Source: Octopus sinensis (taxonomy: Eukaryota). From it: a stretch of DNA of 64,000 bases. Below the pieces are notes generated by a model, which was not told where the DNA came from, ran no database searches, and saw only the letters and a program-made list of their open reading frames with translations. The position numbers and the translations under genes were made by a program. Below are positions 50,531 to 62,139 of the stretch, piece after piece (the first letter of the stretch is position 1; each line of letters opens with the position of its first letter). The DNA is taken from NCBI RefSeq assembly GCF_006345805.1, contig NC_042997.1:20894001-20958000 (forward strand), read 5' to 3'.

Positions 50531-52556
50531 TTTCTTCGTAACACAGTGTAGGTAAAAATGCACCGGAGTATTTAGTCATCTGTCAAGTCACAACAAGGAC
50601 CTCAGACAGATAATACTTTCCTTAAGATGTGCGCTGTGCCCAACAAGGCTGCTTTTTACAAGACATCAATCTTGCATGGGCTTTCCAGTTGCCTCAAGAA
50701 GTCTTGAAGTTTCAATGGAATTGAGCCCAACGCTCCGATCACCACTGGTATCACTTTTACATTACCCTCTCATATTCCATACAGTCTTGCCATTTCCACT
50801 TTCAATTCGGAGTATTTGGTAATTTTTTCAACCTCTTTACGCACAACATTCATGTCATATAGTATGGCTACATCAATGATTTTATTCAATATGACTATAT
50901 CCGGCCGACGGTGTTCGATTACACGATCCGTCGGAAAATCGTAGTCCCAGAGTATTGTTACTTTTCCATCCTCCTGCGTAACTTTACTTGGTACATGGTC
51001 ATACCAGTTCTCTGTTTCTTCATATTGGTATTTACAACATAAGATTCGATGAAAATACAATCACGCTTTATCGTGGTGGCGTTTGTTTTCTTTTTGTGCA
51101 AGGTTCTAACATCCACTTACCAAGTGGGTCATATTTTCCACACTCTTTCCACATAGGCGCAGGAGTGGCTGTGTGGTAAGTAGCTTGCTAACCAACCACA
51201 TGGTTCCGGGTTCAGTCCCACTGCGTGGCATCTTGAGCAAGTGTCTTCTGCTATAGCCCCGGGTTGACCAATGCCTTGTGAGTGAATTTGGTAGACGGAA
51301 ACTGAAAGAAGCCTGTCGTATATATGTATAAATATATAAGTGTGTGTGTATATGTTTGTGTGCCTGTGTTTGTCCCCCTAGCATTGCTTGACAACCGATG
51401 CTGGTGTGTTTACGTCCCCGTCACTTAGCGGTTCGGCAAAAGAGACCGATAGAATAAGTACTGGGCTTACAAAGAATAAGTGCCGGGGTCGATTTGCTCG
51501 ACTAAAGGCGGTGCTCGAGCATGGCCGCAGTCAAATGACTGAAACAAGTTAAAGAGTAAAGAGAGTGTGCATTTCTGGGAGTCAGAAGTTTTATAGATGG
51601 TATACTTCACTGAATCGGTAGCAAGAGACTGGTCTTATGCAGCAATGATCAGGCTTTTGGTGGTACCCTTCAAATCACCTCGCTAAAACCATGCCCACGA
51701 TGCTGTGTTACGCTTAACGTCTTGAGTATTCCTTTCAAACTTTCCATGCATTCTAATTTCAAGAAAGTTTTTTTTTTGTCTTTTCCTCAGCTCTTTGGTT
51801 AAACTCTGCCTTGCCCATCATTTCATCTGTATTTACATCCATATCTCTCACAGCATATTGCAGCAGGTCTTCATCACTATTTATCAAATACTCAGCAAGC
51901 ATTCTCCTTTCACTCCTTATAAAATGGTCTATACTAATTAGTCCTCTGCCACCATTCTTTCTTTTCATATACAGTCTATTTACGCTTGCTTTAGAGTGTA
52001 ATACCCCATGCAGCTTCATCAACTTTCTCGTCCTTCTATCCAGTGTTCATATTACCTCCTTAGTCCATTTGAGGATGGACGCACTACATCTGATCACCGC
52101 AACTGCCCAGATATTCATTGCGGCAATCAAAATTTTGGCATTCTGGTTGGACTTCAACACCATCTTCACCTTTTTTGATACGCCTCGCTGACCTTGACTT
52201 TCATTTCTCTGTGTAAAATATCACCCAGCTCCCGGTTCACCCATGGTCTCTCCTGATGGTAACCGCAATCCTCTGCAGACTGCTTCCTTCCCTCTTTTCA
52301 TACTAGTACAGAGCATTTGGTAATCCCAAATCGCATACCAATGTCCCTCCCACACTTCTTGACTGTTTTGGTTAAGGAATCTATCTATTTTTCAGATTTC
52401 CTAAACAATTTCAGATCATGCATAAACAGAAGATGGTTCAATGATGGGCCTTTTTTCCAACATCGGTAACCCAGCTTAACTTTCCTACGTGTCATTGTTA
52501 TGGGTATTAGTGGAATTACCAAAAGTAAGGAGAAACCGGGTCACCTTGGAAGATTC
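50531..52556 (-). mobile_element. Degenerate R4/Dong-like REL LINE, interrupted by a family B SINE
   Basis: GIFQGD, NHLLFMHDLKLF, LHSKASVNRLYMKRKNGGRGL, KCT|LCGKSVENMTHLVSGC, RPDIVI...IDVAIL...EKITKY; 3' end gaagaaa followed by (AAT)n on its own strand. Confidence 0.87.
51156..51564 (+). mobile_element. SINE family B inserted in the zinc-knuckle codons of the LINE
   Basis: Removing it restores ctttccacatagtgtgcattt, which reads K-C-T-L-C-G-K on the minus strand. Confidence 0.93.
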
Positions 52557-52588
52557 TCTTTTTAATATTAACTTCTCGATGCACAATA

Positions 52589-52822
52589 CCTATTTCTTTA
52601 CTACCCACAATGGGCTAAACACAGAGAGGACAATCAAGGACAGACAAACGGATTAAGTCGATTATATCGACCCCAGTGCCTAACTGGTACTTATTTAATC
52701 GACCTCGGAAGGATGAAAGGCAAAGTCGACCTCGGCGGAATTTGAACTCAGAACGTAGCGGCAGACGAAATACGGCTACGCATTTCGCCCGGCGTGCTAA
52801 CGTTTCTGCCAACTCACCGCCT
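52589..52822 (-). mobile_element. SINE family A, full-length
   Basis: tatttctttactacccac...ctgccaactcaccgcct; no clear TSD seen. Confidence 0.92.
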
Positions 52823-53770
52823 GGCGCTGATGATATAATAATGCTGAAACATATTGTATATGACATCTACTCTTGCTAAGCAATGAAAATATTTATTATT
52901 GACTAATAATGCTTTACCACATCGCATAATATTTTGTAGCTCGTTTATTTATGTTCCCTATATTGCATATTAGTACAATTGGTTTTTTTCTTTCTATAAG
53001 ATAAATTGCTATGAATCATTCTTACTTAAAACAAAACATTCATTTATTTTACGTAGCTATCGCTTACATCTTACATCATCTTATTTTTTAAGGTATTAGA
53101 CAATTAAATATTTGTACCTGTGATTTTTAAAGCCAAATGAAAATTTGTTTTCAGATTTTCTTAGTTTTCAAATTTAAATTGTAACTCTGTAAACAAATGT
53201 CACTTAGTACTAATATCAAATGTATACAACACCTAATTTTCTTCACAAATTTCCAATGGATTTGAGCTTGCCACAGAATAATGAATGTTTACTCAATTTT
53301 GAACATCAAAATGAAATAAATATTATTTCCTTATCGTTTAATATTGATATAAACTCTTCTTTAATTAGAGCATGTTTATTCACATACTCTCTGTCCTCGC
53401 ACAAGAACCGTAAGCAAAGTAAATACGTAACATATATAAAACTAATTGGTCTATGTGTTACTTGCCCTTTGATACTGGATTATGAGCTATATATTATGGA
53501 TTCCTAATAAATTTCCCAGTGATCCCAAACATGGGTTGGGACATTTTGGGGACAAGTTAGAGGTGACCTTTGTGATTTATATATTGTCTAGGTTCAATCG
53601 ATATTCTAATGCCTAAACAGGTATTATTAGATAGCATTAAATTAGCACGAATAAATGGTATACTCTGTCACATAAAAGTATAGTGAAAGATAATGTAGGA
53701 TTCCAGTTATATGCATGTAACTACATACGTTGGCGATTTCGTTTCTTTCTTTGAACTTTTCCCTTTCTCC

Positions 53771-53803
53771 TTTCCGACGAAGATTTCTGCTCGAAACGTC
53801 AAA
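53771..53803 (+). ncRNA. Degenerate minimal type-I hammerhead ribozyme-like motif (Penelope pLTR type)
   Basis: ttt-CCGACGA-a-gatttctgctc-GAAA-CGTC-aaa: one mismatch to CUGANGA (U4 to C), GAAAC-GUC with an ACGU palindromic stem III, 3-bp stem I, imperfect stem II. Confidence 0.45.
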
Positions 53804-53898
53804 CTCTCTCTTTTCACCGAGCATCAAGCTAATACATTTCTTGGGCACGTCCTTTTGTCCGTTATTTTACTCGTTTATTTGAACTCACCACACACACA

Positions 53899-53945
<47 letters not shown>

Positions 53946-53950
53946 TGCGT

Positions 53951-54420
53951 GGGAAGCGCAGTGGCCCAGTGGTTAGGGCAGCGGACTCGCAGTCGTTGGA
54001 TCGCGGTTTCGATTCCCAGACCGGGCATTGTGAGTGTTTATTGAGTGAAAACATCTAAAGCTCCACGAGGCTCCGGCAGGAGGTGGGATGTGAACCCTGC
54101 TGTACTCTTTCACCACAACTTTCTCTCACCCGTATTTCAAAGGGCCAACCTTGTCACACTCTGTGTCACACCGAATCTCCCCGAGAACTACGTTAAGGGT
54201 ACAGGTGTCTGTGGAGTGCTCTGCCACTTGCACGTTAATAAATGAGCTGCGACGTCACTGGTCCCAAGCTGTATCGGCCTCTGACTTTCCCTTGGATAAC
54301 ATCAGTGGCGTGGAGAGGGGAGGCTGGTATGCGTGGGCGACTGCTGGTCTTCCATAAACAACCTTGCCCGGACTTGTGCCTCGGAGGGTAACTTTCTAGG
54401 TTACCGAAGGGGGTCACAAA
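53951..54420 (+). mobile_element. SINE family C, long copy, 17-bp TSD
   Basis: tRNA-like A and B boxes; TSD atatatatatattgcgt at 53934-53950 and 54421-54437. Confidence 0.92.
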
Positions 54421-54430
54421 ATATATATAT

Positions 54431-55290
54431 ATTGCGTAGAAAAATGCGAGCAAGAGAAATAATACTCTTAAAATTATAAACCTGGAAAAGTCTAGGACAA
54501 CTTATTACATCTTGTAAAGTACAGAACAAGAAAAGTTTTACTTAAACTATTTCAGGATATTCTAAGGATAACATTTCAAATAAAATATTTAGATTTAGAA
54601 AATATTAGCTTTTATTAAAACTTAAAAAATTGTATTACAAGTTATTACTTCTATTTGTTATTACTTATTACTTCTATTAAGAATTTAAAATCCATTAAAA
54701 TATTCTTTGCACTTTAAAAAAGTTATTTCTTTATTAATAATAAGAAAATTGAAAATAGGTTATAAAAAATAATAATAATAGTACATTATTAGTTTGTACA
54801 ATAAATAGAATAATACAAAAATTAGTTAAATATTACAGCAAAATCTACTTATAACAACAAATTCACTGTAAAGCTTGCTCGTGTTATTGCCTAAGTTATT
54901 ACCAAAACTTCATATTTTTAGTCTTGAGCCAATGCCTGCTTTTTACATAATGAATTTGCCTACCATATATACTATTCTACTTTGCATAAAACTTTAGCTA
55001 AATTGGTACTTCTGACTCTCATGTTTTAAGTATTCTAGTGAGTCAATATTTTAACAAAATGTTACGTATTTTAATTATAATGTTACTTTGTCATTTAAGA
55101 TCAAATAATTTTTAATATTTGAATTTTATCCTTAGCTGCAATATTTTAAGTAAAAATTTTCTTGTTCTGTGCTTTACCAGATGTAATAAGTTGTCCTAAA
55201 CTTTTCCAAGTGTAATAATTTGTCCTGTATTTTTTCCAGGTTTATAATCTAAAGAATATTATTTCTCTTGCTCGCATTTTCCTACGTAAT
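54431..55290. mobile_element. AT-rich long-TIR MITE/foldback element (about 860 bp; arms about 170 bp)
   Basis: attgcgtagaaaaatgcgagcaagagaaataa...acagaacaagaaaagttttacttaaa matches the reverse complement of about 55095-55290; the right arm carries an extra ~30-bp subrepeat. Confidence 0.85.
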
Positions 55291-55479
55291 CCATGCTTTT
55301 TCCAGGCTATGCTATTATGCTATAATTAGTAATGTGTCAAATATGTCAATTAGCGTTGTCATTGATAATTTTTCCTTACCTCAATGACGCCGGTGACATA
55401 TTAAAAGTCCCCTAATAGAACTGTATTCATAAAAAGTATAGAACTATATTATCACCCTCAAATTTCAGAAACAAACACT

Positions 55480-56275
55480 CATAACTATTTTCTTTTAAAA
55501 CTTTATTGCATGAGATTGATGCCATGAAATTCCTCGAACTGTCTTTGATCACATAATGTTTTTCCTTAGCTTTACTGTCCCACAAACATTAAAAAGCATA
55601 GATATTTGGAGTATCCAATTTTTGCTTCCCCATTTGACCATCACAAAGTCCATGCATATCGCCTACTGACGATTGTAGTAATTTCACTAGCAATGCTTTC
55701 ACGATTCATATTTCTCTGCAAATCTGCTTATTTTTCCATTACGAAGCGGAGCAAATTTCAAACTTGTCTAGGAGCAATCAATAAAAAGGCGCCAATCACT
55801 TGCCTCATATCCCGCTAATCCCACCTTCCGAAGCAGTCCTTCAATGTTTTTGAAATACACTAACTCATCATTTTCTGTGAAGAGCGGAAGAAATTCGGCA
55901 TCTCTAGTGCGAAAAATGACTTTGGTTCCTTCTTTAAGAAAGCTTTTTTTTTGCCTTTAATCGAGGCGTAAGAACTTCTGCAGATTCTTTTGATAAGTAT
56001 AAATCTTTTAACAAATCGCTGAAATCATTTTGATCAAATAGCAAGGGATCTGATGAGCTAATGCCAAAGTAATCTGGATCAGCTGTGCCTTCCTCTGGCT
56101 CAGTTAATACTTCCTGGTTATCAAGCTCGTAAGAATTTGTACTACATTTCATAGGTAAACAATGCGTTTTTCTGAAAACTGGGCAAAATTAGGAAAATTG
56201 TGGGGTTTGGATATCATGAAATCTAGAGGTGATTGTAAAAAAATAGATTCCAGTTTTGGATTCAGCATCTGACAA
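55480..56275 (-). mobile_element. Second Chapaev3-like remnant (central transposase region)
   Basis: LFDQNDFSDLLKDLYLSKESAEVLTPRLK...FRTRDAEF...EASDWRLFIDCS*TSLK...GYSKYLCFL..WDSKAKEKHY; ttttggattcagca terminal-like motif at about 56255-56268. Superfamily name is from recall. Confidence 0.65.
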
Positions 56276-56279
56276 CGGC

Positions 56280-56465
56280 CGTGCTTAGGCACCGCCTCGA
56301 AGGGTTTTAGTCAAGCAAATTGACCACAGGACTTAACTTCTAAGGCGTAGTTCTTATTCTATCGGCTTCTCTTGCCGAACCGCTAAGTTACGGGGACTGT
56401 AATCGCACCAATACCGGTTGTCAAGCGGTGAAGAGAGGACAAACACAGACACACACGCACAGATA
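56280..56465 (-). mobile_element. SINE family B 3' half
   Basis: gccgtgct..gcaccgcc...ttattctatcgg...gccgaaccgctaagt...ggttgtcaagc. Confidence 0.8.
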
Positions 56466-56474
56466 TGTATGTAT

Positions 56475-56558
<84 letters not shown>

Positions 56559-56707
56559 CAAGCCACCTGACAGCGAAACTCTGAAGTCACTTTCAATATT
56601 TATCCTTGATAAAAGTAATGTAGATACACTCCTTAAATAGTGTGAGTGGTTATTCAGTTAATGTGTTTTTGTTTACTCATATGCATTGATGTGTGTGTAT
56701 GTATGTG

Positions 56708-56739
<32 letters not shown>

Positions 56740-56812
56740 GTGTGTGTGTGTGTGTATGTGTGTGTGTGTGGTGTGTGTGTGTGTGTGTATGTGTGTGTGT
56801 GTGTGTGTGTGT

Positions 56813-57027
56813 GGAGGCGCAATGGCCCAATGGTTAGGGCAGCGGACTCGCGGTCGTAGGATCGCGGTTTCGATTCCCAGACGTTGTGTGTGTTTATTGA
56901 GCGAAAACACCTAAAAGCTCCACGACGCTCCGGCAGGGGGTGGTGATCCCTGCTGTACTCTTTCACCACTCTTTCTCTCACTCTTTCGTCTGTTGGCCTG
57001 CTCGCTTAGCCAGCGGGGTGGCGTCAT
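56813..57027 (+). mobile_element. SINE family C
   Basis: ggaggcgcaatggcccaatggttagggcagcggactcgcggtcg...gtttcgattccc...gcttagccagcggggtggcgtca. Confidence 0.9.
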
Positions 57028-57042
57028 ATATATATATATATA

Positions 57043-57110
<68 letters not shown>

Positions 57111-57299
57111 TCGTGAATTTCATTACACACAACATGGACCAAATTTCTTCTTACGAAAAAATATATATTCAAATAAATTAAACATAATATCATGAATAGC
57201 GATAGCGAAACCGGTCGATATATTAAAAATTATATTAAAACCATGTAAGTGTGCGTATTTTCCCTTTTTAATTTCTTATATATATATATACATATGTAT

Positions 57300-57800
57300 G
57301 TATAATTTCTACAGCTAGTTTGGAACAATAAAGTTCTTAAATTCATATTCGGTGATACTTGGCCTTCCCAGTGTTATGTTTTAGGAACTGGATTTACTTG
57401 CCCTCTGTACTGTTTCTTTACACGGGTTGACATCACATAGACTTTCCTGCTAATGCTTTTTTTTACCGTTAGGCACCTACATCAGTAAGCCCGTGTTGAT
57501 TTACAGCATGTAAATCAAATTTTTGACTGTTAAGTTTTCATGTCATTAAGCCTGTGTTAAATTTTGGGGATGTGTTTGTTGTTTACTTGTTTATTTCTTC
57601 ACTGTATTACGATATAAGTAGAGCTTCATGTGTAATATTTTCTTTTTTGTGTGTAATTTTATAAAGTATTATCCTTTTATGTTGTTCTAAATGTGTTTCT
57701 GATGTATGGTATATTTTCTTTACGATTAATCCTGTTGCAAATGCGTGGTAAGCCAACGTGTGTTGTACTATTATACCTAATATAACGGTTGGAGTTGTGA
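57300..57800 (-). mobile_element. Possible very degraded Penelope-like fragment
   Basis: Weak motifs only: IPYIRN..., KVYVM...KQYRGQ. Confidence 0.3.
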
Positions 57801-58154
57801 AGTTTACAACTTTCAATTTTACATTGTTACTTAAAGATATTACTGGTCACTAGTTGTTTGTTCACAGGCTTACGTGCCTGTGATTAGGTGTTTAATTTCT
57901 GTGTGTCTGTAGTTTATAAACCATAATGATATCGCAAGAAAGTTCAAAATAAACATGCATATAACCATCATAAAAAAAAAATAATACGTGGCTACTGTCA
58001 TGAAAACCTAACGTTGAAACGTTTAATCAATACAAACAAATCAACACATGACTCCTGATGTAAGAACTTAATGGTTAAATATTTGACCACAACAAAGCAA
58101 ATCAACTACGCACGCGCGCACACATACACACACACATATACAACCGTACATATG

Positions 58155-58630
58155 AATTATTCGCACTTTTGCCATAACATATCTTTATTATTATCACACT
58201 GCCTTCTGTGTATGCGTGCTTATAGTTGGTACTATTATGCTCACATGATCGAAATTTGAGCCAGATCACGCCATTTTTTCTTTCTGGCTTTATAGTGTAA
58301 GCATGGCCGCTCCACTAGCAACGTGCACCACTGAAGATGTTTCAGGTGCTGAAAGTCATCGGAGGCTTTTAGCACAATATGGAGACAGTGCATTACTGCG
58401 TAGAGGTATTTATGAGTGAATCTAGAAATTTAAAAGTGGCCGGACAAGCAGGACGCCCCTCAACCTCCACCACCGACGAGAGGATTCAGCTCAACCTTCA
58501 ATCAGGCTCAAACTTCGATCATGTGACCACAATAGTATCAACTGTAAGCACGCATGCGCGGAAGGCAATGTGGCAATAATAAATATATGTTATGGCGAAA
58601 GTGCGGATAATTTTTTTACTTCCCCTCGTA
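58155..58630 (+). mobile_element. Mariner-derived MITE with about 108-bp inverted arms and a transposase N-terminal fragment
   Basis: 58155-58262 matches the reverse complement of 58505-58612; interior MAAPLATCTT...HRRLLAQYGDSAL...KFKSGRTS..GRPSTSTTDE; ends cttcccctcg followed by TA. Confidence 0.85.
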
Positions 58631-58920
58631 AATATGTGTGTGTGTGCGCGCGCGTGTGTATGTGTCTGTGCATGTATATGTGTGCGTATGCATATATATA
58701 AATATATACATATGTATGCACCCATACATATATTCACGCAAATATACACTCATAGATACATGTAGATGTTCACATAATATACATGTATGTTTGTGCATAT
58801 GGGTTTACATGTTTTGTAATTATAATTTTATGTTAAATTTCACCGATAGTGGGAATGTGCAAAGGAAAAATTTTCTTGGAGTGATGGACTTTTTTAGGCA
58901 GAATCTTCACCCTGCTTCTT

Positions 58921-59152
58921 ATTAGTGAATGATCTGTGTCACAATCCGCGCTGTGGTAACTACGGATCAGTGGAACAGAATTCAGAAAGGATCTTTGTGT
59001 AATGATGAGATCCAGCTGATGCCAGTGGTGAGATCATGGATGTCTCCAAGATGCCTTGTGGGATGTCTTGTTGTCAAAGAATGTGTTAGTGATGCACAGG
59101 TTATGGTATGTGCAAAATTCAAGTGGTCTCTGACCATTGTCATTCATGTTGC
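58921..59152 (-). pseudogene. RTE (BovB-like) APE endonuclease C-terminal fragment
   Basis: GNMNDNGQRPLEFCTYHNLCITNTFF...KASWRHP*SHHWHQLDLII...RSYHSADCDTDHSLI. Confidence 0.88.
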
Positions 59153-59230
59153 CAATACCAAAACACATACACTTACATATATACATACATATATATACAA
59201 TTGATTTGTTTCAGTTCCTGTCCACGAAAT

Positions 59231-59303
<73 letters not shown>

Positions 59304-59595
59304 ATATGTATGTATGTATACACACACACATACACAAAGATAAATTGATAGATACAACTGAGTGGGCAAACAAAAATATGAGACACTGCATAGTGCTTTT
59401 TTATATTTTGATAAGCCTGGTACTTATTCTATCAGTTTCTTAACCACTAGGATGTCTAGAGAACTCACATGTATTTTAGCTGATGAGTACGGGACACATT
59501 TATATGCTGTAATTTTTACAACTTTTAATAAAGCCTGTCCTTGTATGAAACGATTGTACTAAAAACCTATCCATTCTTGTTGCTTCTTTCTCGCG

Positions 59596-59632
<37 letters not shown>

Positions 59633-59688
59633 TATATATTTATTTATATCCGGTTGTCTCATTAAAATGAAAGATTTATGCTAAAATT

Positions 59689-61127
59689 CATCATCATCAT
59701 CATTTAGCGTCCGCTTTCCATGCTAGCATGGGTTGGACGGTTCAACTGGGGTCTGGGAAACCAGAAGGCTGCACCAGGCCCAGTCTGATCTGGCAATGTT
59801 TCTACGGCTGGATGCCCTTCCTAACGCCAACCACTCCGTGAGTGTAGTGGGTGCTTTTTACTTGCCACCAGCACAGGTGCCAGGCGGGGCTGGCAACGGC
59901 CACGATCGGATAGTGCTTTTTACGTGCCACCGGCACGAGGCCAGTCGGGGCGGCGCTGGCAACGGCCACGTTCGGATGGTTCTCTTACGTACCACCGTCA
60001 CTGGTATCACAGCTGCAATTTCCATTGATGTTGATCGATTTCGATTTTCACTTGCCTCAACAGGTCTTCACAAGTGTAGTTTTGTGTCCCAAGAAGGAAA
60101 GGTATGCATAACTGGACTGGCTATATCCCATGTAGAGGCCACGGGTTATGGTCTCACTTGTCCTGCCATGTCTTCTCACGCACAGCTTACTTCCAAAGAT
60201 CTCGGTCTGTAGTCTTTTCCTCGGTGAGACCTAAAGTTCGAAGGTCGTGTTTCACCACCTCGTCCCAGGTTTTCCTGGGTCTGCCTCTTCCACAAGTTCC
60301 CTCAACCGCTAAGGTGTGGCACTTTTTCACACAACTATCTTCATCCATTCTCGCCACATGACCATACCAGCGCAAACGTCTCACTTGCTTCTTAGGTTCA
60401 ACTTTTCTCTCAAGTTACTTATACTCTGTCGAGTATGAACACTGACATTACACATCCATCGGAGCATACTGGCTTCATTTCTTGCGAGCTTACGCATATC
60501 CTCAGCAGTCACGGCCCATGTTTCACTGCCATGTAGCATGGCTGTTCGTACACATGCGTCATACAGTCTGCCTTTTACTCTGAGTGAGAGGCCTTTTGTC
60601 ACCAGCAGAGGTAAGAGCTCTCTGAACTTTGCCCAAGCTATTCTTACTCTAGCAGTTACACTTTCAGCACACCCGCCCCCGCTACTGACTTGGTCACCTA
60701 GGTAATGGAAGCTATCAACTATTTCTAGTTTTTCTCCCTGGAATGTGGCAGAAGTTGGTCTCGGAGCATTTTCAGTGTTTATTGCACCTGAGCATCTGCC
60801 ACATACAAAATCTATCTTCCTAGTTAGCCTTCCTTTGACATTGCTGCACCTCTTATGTGTCCATAGCTTACACTTGGTGCATCTTATAGAGTTTCTACCT
60901 ATGCTTTTTCTACAGAGCGAGCAGAGCCATCTACCTGAAGGCGTTTGTGATTTGTCTACCTTCCTACTTATTAGGACTTTGGTTTTAGCTAGATTGACTC
61001 TAAGGCCCTTCCATTCTAATCCTTGCTTCCACACCTGAAACTTCTCCTCCAGTTATGATAGTGACTCAGCAATTAGAGCAAGGTCATCAGTATAGAGGAG
61101 CTCCCAGGGGCATCCTGTCTTGAATTC
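59689..61127 (-). mobile_element. 5'-truncated RTE-clade LINE (RT motifs 5-7 with an embedded PHD finger, C-terminus, 3' UTR, (ATG)n tail)
   Basis: GCPWELLYTDDLAL, GLRVNLAKTKV, SFHYLGD, AMLHGSETW, RRLRWYGHV, GRGRPRKTW; (TCA)n at 59689-59704. Confidence 0.93.
60381..61034 (-). pseudogene. RTE ORF segment (217 aa) containing a C4HC3 PHD finger at 60792-60923
   Basis: C-x2-C-x10-C-x2-C-x4-H-x2-C-x14-C-x2-C (CSLC...CTKCKLWTHKRC...FVCGRC) between RT motifs 6 and 7. Confidence 0.85.
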
Positions 61128-62139
61128 ATACATACATATACAATCAGACGTATAGACAGATAGCTAGCTAGATGATTAGATAGAAAGATAAATGCATACA
61201 TATATAAATATTGTTGTAAATTGAAATGATTGTGCTCGTAATAAATGTACATATGCACTTGAAGTGTGGGATCTTGGTGCTACAGAACCAGTAAGATAAA
61301 GAGTAAACTTGCAATAAATGCTGATGAACACATAGATATTAAGGTGCCAGAGTGAAACAAAAGAACATTGACCATCTAATCGACTAACAAAATGATCAAT
61401 TATCTAATTATCTAATTGACGGGTAATAAACCTGAAGTGCAATATAACCAGCACGTGTAATTTTATTGGAGGTATGGCCCTCTGAAAACACAACAATATC
61501 ATTTCCTGCTTTGCTGGAGTGTTCAATCGGCACATTTCTCTTGTTTCAATTTGGGTATAATTTCCCTGAATAAATATCCTTTCTAACGTCAACCATATTA
61601 AAATGTGTACTACATGTATTTTATCATGACACCAGCTTTTTTTTAAAGTAAACATTACATCAGCAGCTACTGTATTTATCTACTGTACTTTCTGAGCTTT
61701 TTTTTATTGGCAACTGGACTAAAAGGATGAATGAGAGGGATGAGAGTGGGCTGAGTAACAAAAAATATGGATAAGTGTAAAAGGTAGCAAGTTAATGATA
61801 ACAATAATAGTGATATAGTGATAGTTAGAGAGAGAGAGAGAAGGGGAGGGAGATGGAGAGATGGAGAGAAAGAGCGGGAAAAACGATGGATATCAATAAT
61901 AAATGATAAGAGTGAGGGAAATGAGTGAGCAAAGATGATAGCAAACAAGAGAGAAATATGGTGTTAATAGGGGCTGAAAAGGGACAAATACAATGTTATC
62001 CTCTGTTAGTCTGTGTGACGGTAGCGATTATTGAAAAGTGAGGATTGATTGCCTTACATAGGCACAGTGATAGAAAGGAGGGTGAATGATTGGTGGGGAA
62101 CAAACAGGGAGAATTTGTATAAGTAGATAGATAAATAAA

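Noticed and set aside
53951-54030. tRNA-like sequences (also at 11786, 29680-29750, 51156, 56813 and 63485)
   Set aside because: A and B boxes are present but they run into SINE bodies with tails and TSDs, and the cloverleaf and anticodon are not reliably intact; no amino-acid identity assigned
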